From: Rhodothermales bacterium
Lineage (GTDB): Bacteria; Bacteroidota; Rhodothermia; Rhodothermales; VXPQ01
DNA: 64,000 bases
Assembly: GCA_040904565.1 (NCBI GenBank)
Contig: JBBDTI010000064.1
Location: 39,770-103,769, forward strand
Reading direction: 5' to 3'
Shown here: one piece after another, positions 9,487-20,207 of the stretch
Layout of the letters: each line of letters begins with the position of its first letter
Position numbering within the stretch: the first letter of the stretch is position 1
Made by a program: the position numbers and the translations under genes
The notes under the pieces: model-generated
The model's database searches: none
What the model was told of the DNA's origin: nothing
What the model saw: only the letters and a program-made list of their open reading frames with translations

Positions 9487-12400
9487 ATGAGCGAACAATC
9501 ACTCGAACTGCTCGCGCGCATTCGTCGGCGCCTCCAGGCGGCCTCCCGACGGATCACGCTGGCCGATCTGCTTTTCGGTGCCGCTACCACGATAGGGTTG
9601 AGCTCCCTCCTCTGGCTGCTTTCCACCGCTGTCGAAGCTGGATTCTGGTTGGAGGCCGGATTCCGAACGGTACTGTTCTGGATCGTCGTCGCTGCATCCG
9701 GAGGAGCGGCCGCCTACTACGTACTGGTGCCGCTGCTGCGCATTGCAGGCATCGTTCCCGGACCGTCCGCGGAACACCTCGCCGGCAAAATCGGCGAGCG
9801 GTTTCCCGAGATCGGAGACCGTCTCGTGAACCTGCTCGACCTGTCGCAGGGGCGCCGCAGCGATGCTCCCGAAGAGCTCGTCGACCGTGCGGTGCAGATG
9901 CTCGGGCGGGACGTCGAGCCGGTGACCTTCGAAGACGTGGCCGATTTTTCGCGAGCCCGGCGCGCGCTCCGCATAGCCGGTATCCCCATCGTCTCGCTGC
10001 TTCTTTTTCTGGCCGCCGCTCCGGACACGTTCATCAGTGCCTCGCACCGGTTGCTTTCACCCGGCGCACAGTTCGATCAGCCGGCTCCCTTCCGCCTCCA
10101 GGTGGAACCGGGTACGGTGGAGATCGCTCGCGGCGCGGCACTTAACGTTCGGGTAGAGGCTGTAGGAGACGATCGGCCTCAGACGCTCTCGCTCGAAGTG
10201 AACCACGCAGACGAGGATCACGTCGATACGATACGGCTGACGGCAGATTCTACGGGTTCGTTTCAACATCATTTCGCCAGCGTTCGGCGATCGTTTCGAT
10301 ACCGTGCCAGCGCGACGCCCGTTACGTCGCGGTGGTACGAGACCTCCGTCGTGGAGTACCCTGTCGTGCAGAGCCTTCAGGCGACGCTGCAGTTCCCCTC
10401 GTACGCCGACCTGCCTCCGAGACGGCTCGACCCGAACGTGGGCGATATTTCAGGCCTTCCGGGTACACGCGTCGAGCTGAACCTCTCGTTGGCCGGCTCC
10501 GATGCGACGTCGGCCGCCATCCGATTCGACGACGATTCGACCGTGCCGCTCGAACTCGATGGAGACCGTGCCACGGGCTCCTTCACGCTCACGCGCGAAG
10601 GCTCGTATCAGATCATGCTGGAGAATGACCGGGGCATTTCCAACCGTGACCCCATCCGGTATGCCATGGACCTTCAAGAAGACGCCGTGCCCTCGGTAGT
10701 CATCGTGCGGCCCGGGACGGATGCCGTCCTAACGGATGCTCTCGAACGTCTGATCGAGACGCGTATTATCGACGACTACGGATTCCGCGACCTCACGCTG
10801 AACTATCGGCTTGCCGAGAGCAGGTTCAAGACGGCGTCCGACTCCTTCTCGACCATCGACCTGCCGGTGGAAGATAAGCGCCGGCTCGACCAGGTCGTAA
10901 CGTATGACTGGGACCTCGGCGCATCGACGCCGCTGGACCCCGTGCCGGGAGACATCATCGAGTACTTCGTCCGCGTGCGAGACAACGACACGTTCGCCGG
11001 CTATAAGTCTGCCGAAACGCCGCGTCATAGGCTTCGCCTGCCCTCCCTCGCCGAGCAGTACGAGCAGCTCGATCAGGAGCAGGAAGCCGCCGAGTCGCAG
11101 GTGGAAAGTATGCTCGAGGAGGCCCGCCGCATCGACGAGCAGTTCAGACAGCTGCGTGACGAGGTGAGGCGGAAGCAGGACGGCGACTGGGAAGATCAGC
11201 GGCAGATCGAACAGATCCAGGAGCGGCAGCAGCAACTCGAGAACCGGGTCGACGATCTTTCGAGGCAGATGGAGTCGATCAATGAATCGGCGCGCCGAAA
11301 CGACCTGCTGAGCCCGGAAACCCTCGAAATGTATGAGGAGATGCAGCACGTCGTCGAAGAGATCAATTCCCCGGAATTACAGGAGGCGCTGGAGCAGCTT
11401 CGGCAGTCGATCGAAAACCTGGATCTGTCCCAGATGCAGCAGGCGATCGAAAACTTCGAATTCAATGAAGATCAGTATCGCCGGCGGCTGGAACGTACCC
11501 TGGAACTGTTCAAGAATCTTCGCGCACAGCAGCGTCTCGAGGAAGCGGCCCGCCGTGCCGAAGAGATCGCCCGCCAGCAAGAAGAACTGTCCGAAGAGAC
11601 GGGCAGCTTGATGGAAGAGATGGAAGAGGCGTCCCCATCGCCGGATCCGTCCGACCGGAATGCAGCCGAGGAGAACCCGTCCGACCGGAACGCATCCGAT
11701 GACGAGCCGTCCGACGCCGAACGCCTCGCACAGCAGCAGGAGCGCTCCCGTGAAGAGATGGAACGGCTCGAGGAGCTGCTCCGCGAGGCACAGCAGCAGC
11801 TCGAAGAGATGCGGCGCGGCCCGGCTCGTGAGATGCAGGAATTGAATGAGTCGCTGCGACAGAGGCAGATGCCCGAGCAGATGCAGGACAACGCGCAACA
11901 ACTGCGGCGGGAGCAGCTTCAGGACGCCCGGTCCGGGCAGCAGCAGATGCAGCAGCAGATGCAGCAATTGCAGCAGCGGCTGCAGCAGATGCAGAGCTCC
12001 ATGCAGGGGTCGCAGATGGACGTGAACCTGGCCGGACTGCGGCGGGTGCTCGGCGATGTCCTTACGCTCTCCCACGAACAGGAATCACTCCGGGCCGCCC
12101 TGCGCGGTACGGTATCGGATGCCCCGGCCCTGCGCGAGGATGCCCGGAAACAGGTCGAACTTTCCGAAGGGCTGAGCACCGTCGTCGACTCCCTCCGGCA
12201 GCTCGGCGGCAACATCCCTCAACTCAGCCGGGAGGTGCAGCGCCTGTCCGGACAGGCCCTCCGCGAGATGGGCGCGGCCACGGAGGCGATGTCCGAGCGC
12301 GCGGTCGGGGAGGCCTCCGGCTATCAGACGGCGGCCATGATGAACATGAACGAGCTGGCACTGCTGCTGTCGGACGTGCTCAATCAGCTCATGAACCAGT

Positions 12401-12978
12401 CCGGTTCGGGCGACGGCCAGGGCAACATGCAGCAGATGATCCAGCAGATGCAGCAGATGGCCGAGCAGCAGCAGCAGCTCAACCAGCAGATCCAGGAGTT
12501 CCTCAACGACGTGCAGGGCAACCGCCTCAGCGTAGACATGCAGGAACGCCTTCAGCAGATGGGCGCCCAGCAGCAGGCCATCAAGCGGCAGCTCGATCAG
12601 CTGCGCCGCAACCCGGAGGCGCGCGGCAAGCTACTGGGCGATCTGGGAAGAATCGCAGAACAGATGGAAGAAACGATCCAGGAGCTGCAGCGCCGCCAGG
12701 TTGAGCCGCGTACCGTCGAACGGCAGCGCCAAATTCTTCAACGCCTGCTGGACGCTCAGCGCTCGCTCAACGAACGCGGGCAGGAACAGCGCCGCGAGGC
12801 CCAAGAGGGCGAAGATATCATTCGTGAGAGCCCGGCAGACCTCTCACCGGAAGAAGCAGCCGAAAAGCTGCGCCGCGATCTGATAAGAGCTCTCGACAGC
12901 GGCTATGCGGCAGACTACGAAGAGCTCATCAAACGATATTTCGACCTGCTCCAGCAGCGTCCGGCCGAGGTGGAATGA
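9487..12978 (+). CDS. large membrane-anchored coiled-coil, low-complexity protein (DUF4175-like architecture)
   Basis: 1163 aa. There are three N-terminal hydrophobic helices, a beta-rich region of about 400 aa, then a long E/Q/R-rich coiled coil including QQQMQQQMQQLQQRLQQMQ and an in-frame 30-nt x3 repeat (PSDRNA units at 11647, 11677 and 11707). The family assignment is tentative. Confidence 0.75.
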   Translation: MSEQSLELLARIRRRLQAASRRITLADLLFGAATTIGLSSLLWLLSTAVEAGFWLEAGFRTVLFWIVVAASGGAAAYYVLVPLLRIAGIVPGPSAEHLAGKIGERFPEIGDRLVNLLDLSQGRRSDAPEELVDRAVQMLGRDVEPVTFEDVADFSRARRALRIAGIPIVSLLLFLAAAPDTFISASHRLLSPGAQFDQPAPFRLQVEPGTVEIARGAALNVRVEAVGDDRPQTLSLEVNHADEDHVDTIRLTADSTGSFQHHFASVRRSFRYRASATPVTSRWYETSVVEYPVVQSLQATLQFPSYADLPPRRLDPNVGDISGLPGTRVELNLSLAGSDATSAAIRFDDDSTVPLELDGDRATGSFTLTREGSYQIMLENDRGISNRDPIRYAMDLQEDAVPSVVIVRPGTDAVLTDALERLIETRIIDDYGFRDLTLNYRLAESRFKTASDSFSTIDLPVEDKRRLDQVVTYDWDLGASTPLDPVPGDIIEYFVRVRDNDTFAGYKSAETPRHRLRLPSLAEQYEQLDQEQEAAESQVESMLEEARRIDEQFRQLRDEVRRKQDGDWEDQRQIEQIQERQQQLENRVDDLSRQMESINESARRNDLLSPETLEMYEEMQHVVEEINSPELQEALEQLRQSIENLDLSQMQQAIENFEFNEDQYRRRLERTLELFKNLRAQQRLEEAARRAEEIARQQEELSEETGSLMEEMEEASPSPDPSDRNAAEENPSDRNASDDEPSDAERLAQQQERSREEMERLEELLREAQQQLEEMRRGPAREMQELNESLRQRQMPEQMQDNAQQLRREQLQDARSGQQQMQQQMQQLQQRLQQMQSSMQGSQMDVNLAGLRRVLGDVLTLSHEQESLRAALRGTVSDAPALREDARKQVELSEGLSTVVDSLRQLGGNIPQLSREVQRLSGQALREMGAATEAMSERAVGEASGYQTAAMMNMNELALLLSDVLNQLMNQSGSGDGQGNMQQMIQQMQQMAEQQQQLNQQIQEFLNDVQGNRLSVDMQERLQQMGAQQQAIKRQLDQLRRNPEARGKLLGDLGRIAEQMEETIQELQRRQVEPRTVERQRQILQRLLDAQRSLNERGQEQRREAQEGEDIIRESPADLSPEEAAEKLRRDLIRALDSGYAADYEELIKRYFDLLQQRPAEVE

Positions 12979-13279
12979 GCCGCCCAACTCGTCGATAAGC
13001 GCAACAGGCAGCCGCGCGCAACGGAAGCGCCGCGCGCGAAAGCATATCTGGCATTGAATATGCGGCCGGTCTTGAGTAAATTATAAGGCTCCATGTCCGG
13101 CGTGGGAGCACGCGGCTGCTCCCCAGCGAGGTCCCGCCTCGCAGGGAGACCTAGCAGGGAGCCCGTCGATCATTTCGTTCTCTGACTAACGACAAGGTAC
13201 GTGCCGCGAGTGCCTCGCATGAGAGAGCGCAGAAAAGTGTACCGCACCGTTCGCCCCAACTAATCGGAATCACGCAAGT

Positions 13280-14053
13280 ATGGCTAATTCAACGAGGATC
13301 CTCTTTGTCTCGGACGAAGTCGAGCCGTTCTCGAAGTCGTCCGCGACGGCCACCTTGGTACGAAACCTCCCCGAACAGCTGCAGAGTGCCGGGGACTATG
13401 AAATGCGGATCATGATGCCTCGATACGGGACGATCAGCGAACGCAAGAATCGCTTGCATGAGGTGATACGCCTCTCTGGAACGGAGATCGAGATGGGAGA
13501 ACGGACGGATACGCTGAAGGTGAAGGTGGCGTCGATCCCCGGCATCCGCCTGCAGGTTTATTTCATGGACAACAATCATTATTTCAAGCGCAAGGGGGTC
13601 TATGCGAACAAAAAGGGCAGGCTGTTTGAGGACAACCTGGAGCGCGCCCTCTTTTTCGCGCGATCGTCTCTTGAGACCATTCGCAATCTTGGCTGGGGGC
13701 CGGACGTCGTCCATGCCTTCGGCTGGATGAGCGGCTTCGTTCCAATGCTGCTGCGAACAGACTACGCCGGGGAAGAGCTTTTTGAAAACACGAAGGCGAT
13801 CTTCACACCGAACGTGGTGGACTTCGAGGAGACGGTGAGCGATAGATTTGCCGAACGCGAACTCGCGGGCGGCTCCGGACTCGCAGGGAAGGATCCCAAC
13901 GCGATCGGCCTTTCTTTTGCCGACGCGGCAATCTATCCGCACACGATAGATCCGGAGGCCGGCGATTCGCTCCAGTTCGGAGATGGAAAGGAAGATAATG
14001 TGGAGACCGCACGGTCCGTCTACGATCAGCTCCTCGCCGAAGTCGCCGCCTGA
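13280..14053 (+). CDS. glycogen/starch synthase-like protein, GT5 N-terminal domain only (257 aa)
   Basis: MANSTRILFVSDEVEPFSKSS...LPEQLQSAGDYEMRIMMPRYG...[44 protein letters not shown] matches the N-terminal half of GlgA. The ORF stops before any GT1 C-terminal domain. Confidence 0.8.
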   Translation: MANSTRILFVSDEVEPFSKSSATATLVRNLPEQLQSAGDYEMRIMMPRYGTISERKNRLHEVIRLSGTEIEMGERTDTLKVKVASIPGIRLQVYFMDNNHYFKRKGVYANKKGRLFEDNLERALFFARSSLETIRNLGWGPDVVHAFGWMSGFVPMLLRTDYAGEELFENTKAIFTPNVVDFEETVSDRFAERELAGGSGLAGKDPNAIGLSFADAAIYPHTIDPEAGDSLQFGDGKEDNVETARSVYDQLLAEVAA

Positions 14054-14221
14054 GGCGGCGAAACCCCTCATTTATGCCCCGGCACGTAGGAACTACGCCC
14101 CGGGATGTCGCATACGTTAGCTCGCATCGCAGAAACCCCATCGGCTCGAGCCGATCGGGGTTATTGCTGTGCCCCACTCCATTATCATTCTGTCCGTTCG
14201 GCTCGTCCACCGGTTATCTAC

Positions 14222-15406
14222 GTGAAGAGACCCTTCCAACGCATATTCCTTCTCGCTCTCTTCGTTGGACTGTTGCTCTCGGCGTGTGACGACCCGTCCA
14301 ACGTGGGTGAGGGACTGATCGGCCCCCAGAGCGGCATCCCGTTCACCAATCAATTCCCCATTAGCGATTTCCGACCGGCCTCCATCTTCCAGCCGGACAA
14401 TCTGGCTCCGCGCGTTCTGGCCGGCCGGGTCGAGGATCCCGCGCTCGGCACGTACACCGTGCGGGGCTACGTCGACATCATCGCCGTTACGTCCGCCGGC
14501 TTACGCGCGCAACCCGTCGAACGTGCAGAAATCCAACTGACACCGACGTACGTCTACGGTGACACGACCAGCGAAGTCACGCTGGCCATTCGTGAAGTGC
14601 TGGAGGAATGGGACCAGGAGGGCCTTCCGACCGATACGTCTTTCAGCGTCGGCCCGGTCATTCGCGAGTTCACGTTTCATCCGACCGACAGCGTCGTGGT
14701 CGTCGAACTGCCGTCGGATTGGGTCGCGGAGCATGACGCCATCATCCGCGACGTCGATTTTGGGGAGCTCTTCCACGGGTTCCGTCTGGATCCGATCTCC
14801 GGCAACGCCGTCGTTGGATTTGGACCCAACCGCACCGGTCTGTTCGCCGTGACCTCGGAAGACTCGACGGCGTTGCCCGCGGGGCAATCCTACCAGCACG
14901 TCGAACGATCGGCCTCGATCGCTCCGCCGCCGGACCGGATTCTCATGCAGGCGGGAAGCGGGCCGGGGGCCGCGTTCTCCGTTAACCTGTCGGACGTCGA
15001 CCTCCGTACAAGTTCCGTAAACCGGGCCTCGATCGAGATCTGGACGGACACCGTGACGGTGCAGCAAGACCTGCCGCCCCACTTCGTTCGGCCGACGCTC
15101 GACGCGCTCGATCTATACGGGATTACCGAAACGGGAAATGCGTCGCTCATCGGGCGAAGCAGCCTGGACGACGACGGCCGCCTCGTGTTCGATTCGCCTA
15201 GCGTGGCAGGTGCCCTCGAACGGCAGCTGCTGGGAGAAGTGACCTTCGACCATTACCAACTCCGTATACCGGATCCCAATACGCTAACCGGCGGTGAAGG
15301 ACAGGAACTCTACTATTATTCCAGCCTGAACCCGATCTTCCTGTACGCCGAGGGGACTGGATCCAGAGCGCCGTTCGTGTTTATGACCGGCACACCGCTC
15401 GACTGA
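14222..15406 (+). CDS. lipoprotein, DUF4270-like (by position and architecture)
   Basis: The GTG at 14222 gives VKRPFQRIFLLALFVGLLLSAC, a lipoprotein signal. It lies directly downstream of the short glycogen synthase, as is typical for Bacteroidota DUF4270 genes. The family call is an inference. Confidence 0.6.
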   Translation: MKRPFQRIFLLALFVGLLLSACDDPSNVGEGLIGPQSGIPFTNQFPISDFRPASIFQPDNLAPRVLAGRVEDPALGTYTVRGYVDIIAVTSAGLRAQPVERAEIQLTPTYVYGDTTSEVTLAIREVLEEWDQEGLPTDTSFSVGPVIREFTFHPTDSVVVVELPSDWVAEHDAIIRDVDFGELFHGFRLDPISGNAVVGFGPNRTGLFAVTSEDSTALPAGQSYQHVERSASIAPPPDRILMQAGSGPGAAFSVNLSDVDLRTSSVNRASIEIWTDTVTVQQDLPPHFVRPTLDALDLYGITETGNASLIGRSSLDDDGRLVFDSPSVAGALERQLLGEVTFDHYQLRIPDPNTLTGGEGQELYYYSSLNPIFLYAEGTGSRAPFVFMTGTPLD

Positions 15407-15553
15407 TTTACGCTGATATCCCTTTTCGACGATTTCATGCCCGTACCATTTGCACGTCTACATGAAGACCCGCCCCAACCAGGGTCGTCTACGTCTGGTG
15501 GATGCGGTCCATCCGGCCGGCAACCGCGTAGCCTCCGCCACGCCGTTCGAAGC

Positions 15554-16876
15554 GTGGTCCGGACAGACGCACGGCTAATCCTCGTTGCCCTGCTACTTAC
15601 CGCCCTCCTGCCACTGACCGCCTTCGCGCAGAGCAGCAGCGACGGTTCGCTCTATTCCCGCTTCGGACTGGGTGAGATACAGACCTTCTCCAGCGCTCAA
15701 GGGGAAGCGCTAGGCCATTCAGGAATCGCTCTGCACTCGCTCAACTATCTCAACATCAGCAATCCGGGTACCTGGGCGGACCAGGTGCTCACCCGGGCAT
15801 CCGCGGGCTTCACGTATCAGAACCTGCGCATCTCAGACGCTTCGAACGCGACGAGCCGGCTCGCATCGGGCTTCCTGAACGGCGTACAGTTCGGCTTTCC
15901 GATTCTCGAGCGGCAGCTCGGCGTGGCCATCGGCTTCGTGCCATACTCGCGCGTGGGCTACCGCGTTGTCAACGAAGGTATCCTGGCACCTGATACGCCG
16001 GCCCGCGATACGGTGGGATACGCCGTCGACTTCACAGGATCCGGCGGACTGCAGCAGGTCGTGGGCGGGATGGGATATCGATTCAATCGCAATGTCAGCA
16101 TCGGAGCCAGCCTGAACGCCATCTTCGGTATCATTGAAAATGGACGACGAACGTCCTTTATAAGCTCCGGTCCGACGGCCGGCTACATCCCAACGAACGT
16201 GTCGACATCGACCCGCCTGAACGGCTTTACGGCCTCGATCGGTACGTACATTAACGCCCGCCGACTCATCGGTGAAGACGACTTCATCGGCGTCGGCGCC
16301 ACCTTTACCCTTCCCGCGACCCTCTCCGGTAAACGAGTCCACACGCTGGGCGAGCAGCTCGATCGCGACACGCTCGGAACCGTCGTCGGCGGTAACGTCG
16401 ACATTCCGTGGAATGTAGGCCTCGGCGTTTCCTATCACCCCGATGCCCGGTGGACCGTCTCAACTGGAGGCGAATATGCCCCGTGGACGACTTTTCGGAG
16501 TACGCTGTCGTTTCCGGGATACGACCCCGAAGAAACGTCCAATCTTTCGGATCGATGGCAGATTGGAACCGGCATTGAATTCGTCCCCGGAGGATCAGAT
16601 CTTTTAGCATCGTATCCTGCGCGAGTTGGATACCGACTGGGCATATCGTACGAGCAGTCGTACATCAGCCCAGCTGAATCGGGCGCGCTCCGTACGCTGG
16701 CCGGTACGGTCGGATTCAGTCTTCCCACCGTGCAATCCGGCACGCGTCTTGATATCAACATGCAGGTAGGCCGGCGCGGGAAAACGGAAGGTGCCCTGGT
16801 ACGGGACGTTTTCTACCGGCTCGCCGTCAGCGTAAATATCGGAGAGCGCTGGTTCCAAACGCCAAGACTCCGCTAA
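15554..16876 (+). CDS. outer-membrane beta-barrel protein (FadL/porin-like), family uncertain
   Basis: Signal peptide ...ARLILVALLLTALLPLTAFAQ, then SLYSRFGLGE and alternating beta-strand patterns to a C-terminal aromatic-rich end. The start is uncertain: GTG 15554 versus the ORF-track start 15437. Confidence 0.6.
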   Translation: MVRTDARLILVALLLTALLPLTAFAQSSSDGSLYSRFGLGEIQTFSSAQGEALGHSGIALHSLNYLNISNPGTWADQVLTRASAGFTYQNLRISDASNATSRLASGFLNGVQFGFPILERQLGVAIGFVPYSRVGYRVVNEGILAPDTPARDTVGYAVDFTGSGGLQQVVGGMGYRFNRNVSIGASLNAIFGIIENGRRTSFISSGPTAGYIPTNVSTSTRLNGFTASIGTYINARRLIGEDDFIGVGATFTLPATLSGKRVHTLGEQLDRDTLGTVVGGNVDIPWNVGLGVSYHPDARWTVSTGGEYAPWTTFRSTLSFPGYDPEETSNLSDRWQIGTGIEFVPGGSDLLASYPARVGYRLGISYEQSYISPAESGALRTLAGTVGFSLPTVQSGTRLDINMQVGRRGKTEGALVRDVFYRLAVSVNIGERWFQTPRLR

Positions 16877-16949
16877 GAAACTACGCTGCGTTCGTCGGGT
16901 GTAATATTACGTTAGGCTGTGAGGACCAATCATCATCATCTTTTTGACT

Positions 16950-18272
16950 ATGAACTCTCTACTCGCACGTATCTCGGGCCTCATAGCCGCGGTGCTTTTG
17001 CTGGTCGGCGTGTCCGGCATGACCCAGCCCGCCATGGCGCAGGCCGAACAGGTCAGCGACCAGGACAAGGCGGTGCACTACAGCCTCTACTATGAGGACT
17101 TTAAGAACCAGAATTTCCAGAGTGCCCTGCCTAACCTGAAGTGGGTAATCGAGAACGCCCCGGAATATCCTCGAAACGATGACCGTAATTTCGAGCGTCT
17201 GATCGAGACGTTCGAGGGCATCGCGGCGAATGCCGGCGATGAAGCCACCGCAGCGGCCTATCTCGATTCCGCCCTCGTGTGGTACGACGAATCGGTCGCC
17301 GCAATGAAGGAAACGGGCATCGAATTCAATGAAGTGCAGTGGCAGCTTCGCAAAGGCCGCTTCGTGCAGGAAAACGCCGAGCTTCTCGGAGATGATATTC
17401 CGAGTCCGGCCGAGATTTATTACGAAGCGTTCGAGATGGCGGGGTGCGAGCTCGATCCATACTATATCCGGTTCGTGATCGACGACGTCGTGCGCCGGGG
17501 TGAAAAGCAGCGTGCCGTAAATCTGACCGACGAAGCGGAGGCGTGCTACGCCGACAACGCGGATCTCGTGACATACCTCAACGACGTGCGCAACAACCTT
17601 TTCACGTCTCCGGAAGAACGGATGGCCTTTCTCGAATCCCGCTTGGAGCAGAATCCCGACGATTACGAGATCGCCTCCGAGCTGTTCGACATCTACCTCG
17701 ATCTCGAATACCGCGAGGAAGCGGCCGAGCTGGGTGACCGTCTCGTAGAGATGCAGGAATCCGCTCGAACGTACCGCCGCCTCGGCGAGCTGCACCTCCA
17801 GGATGGAGATACCGAACGTGCCATCTCCTATTACGAGCGCGCGCTTGACATGCCGGGCGCGTCAGATAGCGTGCGCCGCGATATCCTCTACAACCTGGGC
17901 ATTGCGATGCAGCAGGACGGCTCTCTTTCCCAGGCACGATCGTATTTTCGGCAGGCCATGGAGATCGATCCCAATTATGGCCGGGCGTATATCGCCATCG
18001 GCGACCTCTACGCCACGGCGGTGTCGGCCTGCGGCACGTTCGAGCGTGAGGATCGCGCCGTGTACTGGCTCGCCGTGGACTATTACCAGCGCGCCAAGGC
18101 CAATGACCCGAGCGTCGCCTCACAGGCAGACCAGAAGATCGCCACGTATCGTCGGAGCTTCCCGGACCAGGAGGCCCTCTTCTTCCGTAATTGGGAGCCG
18201 GGTGATTCGTACCGGATCGACTACGGCTGCTACTCGTGGATCAATGAGACCACGACGGTAAAGGCTCCGTAA
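16950..18272 (+). CDS. secreted tetratricopeptide-repeat protein
   Basis: Signal peptide MNSLLARISGLIAAVLLLVGVSGMTQPAMAQA. TPR-like units include YRRLGELHLQDGDTERAISYYERAL and ILYNLGIAMQQDGSLSQARSYFRQAMEIDPNYGRAYIAIGDLY. Confidence 0.8.
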   Translation: MNSLLARISGLIAAVLLLVGVSGMTQPAMAQAEQVSDQDKAVHYSLYYEDFKNQNFQSALPNLKWVIENAPEYPRNDDRNFERLIETFEGIAANAGDEATAAAYLDSALVWYDESVAAMKETGIEFNEVQWQLRKGRFVQENAELLGDDIPSPAEIYYEAFEMAGCELDPYYIRFVIDDVVRRGEKQRAVNLTDEAEACYADNADLVTYLNDVRNNLFTSPEERMAFLESRLEQNPDDYEIASELFDIYLDLEYREEAAELGDRLVEMQESARTYRRLGELHLQDGDTERAISYYERALDMPGASDSVRRDILYNLGIAMQQDGSLSQARSYFRQAMEIDPNYGRAYIAIGDLYATAVSACGTFEREDRAVYWLAVDYYQRAKANDPSVASQADQKIATYRRSFPDQEALFFRNWEPGDSYRIDYGCYSWINETTTVKAP

Positions 18273-18351
18273 GGCCATTCGTAGACCCGTATATTAACAG
18301 GCTCCCAGGTCACGATACATCGAAGATGTCGGGCGGTATCCGCCGTCCAGG

Positions 18352-18386
18352 AAGGCCGATTCGCCGCAGCGAGTCGGCCTTTTTTT
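18352..18386 (+). terminator. Rho-independent terminator after the TPR gene
   Basis: AAGGCCGA (18352-18359) pairs with TCGGCCTT (18374-18381), giving an 8-bp stem with an inner CGC/GCG pair. It is followed by a T-run through 18386. Confidence 0.75.
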
Positions 18387-18505
18387 GTCGGATTCGTCGG
18401 TTCTTGGCACGCAACAGACGACCGTGGACCTCGTTCTCCTTGCCATTGCCCGCCCGGATAGCGAATTTGTCCCTCGTTCGTACCAGTGCCTACCACGCCT
18501 TATAA

Positions 18506-19807
<1,302 letters not shown>

Positions 19808-19810
19808 GCG

Positions 19811-20170
19811 ATGAAGAAGCAACGCAAGCACCGTTCACATTGGACCAGACTCGGCCAGTCGATGCTGCCGGCGTCGATGTCCGACCGTGAGATACGGCGC
19901 CTGCGCAATCGCCTTTTCGCAGCGGCTGCGGTTCTGCTTCTGGTCTGGCTTACTTTCTTCGATAGCCACAGCCTGGTCAAGCGGGTCACCTGGCACCACG
20001 AGGTTCAGGAGCTTCGGGAAGAGAACGAGCACCTGACCGGTGAGATTGACCGGCTCGAACGCGAGGTGCGTCAGGGTCTTTCCGATCAGGCCGTGGAACG
20101 GATTGCCCGGGAAGAGTTCGGTATGCGGCGACCCGGTGAAACGGTCTACCGCATTCAGCCGTCCGACTGA
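19811..20170 (+). CDS. septum formation initiator (FtsB/DivIC family)
   Basis: One transmembrane helix (AAAAVLLLVWLTFF), then a leucine-zipper-like coiled coil (VQELREENEHLTGEIDRLEREV), then AVERIAREEFGMRRPGETVYRI. It sits 3 nt downstream of eno, which is the common eno-ftsB arrangement. Confidence 0.75.
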   Translation: MKKQRKHRSHWTRLGQSMLPASMSDREIRRLRNRLFAAAAVLLLVWLTFFDSHSLVKRVTWHHEVQELREENEHLTGEIDRLEREVRQGLSDQAVERIAREEFGMRRPGETVYRIQPSD

Positions 20171-20207
20171 CCCTCCCGTCCAACGTCGTATCATTCCACC
20201 ACGCACC

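Noticed and set aside
12979-13030. CGTCGATAAGCGCAAC just after the stop of the 9487 gene resembles CGTTGATAAACTGCGCAGC of the 73-nt element. A GC-only hairpin (GCGCGC...GCGCGC) also lies here.
   Set aside because: The similarity needs gaps and does not extend. The hairpin has ambiguous pairing and no T-tract, so I call neither a repeat copy nor a terminator.
13120-13180. AGGTCCCGCCTCGCAGGGAGACCTAGCAGGGAGCC looked superficially like an SRP-RNA domain IV or some other structured RNA.
   Set aside because: It lacks the conserved GGAAGGAAGCAGC-type SRP motif. It is only a bulged 7-bp hairpin plus a GCAGGGAG direct repeat. I recognised no tRNA, RNase P, tmRNA or 6S signatures in any spacer of 190 nt or longer.
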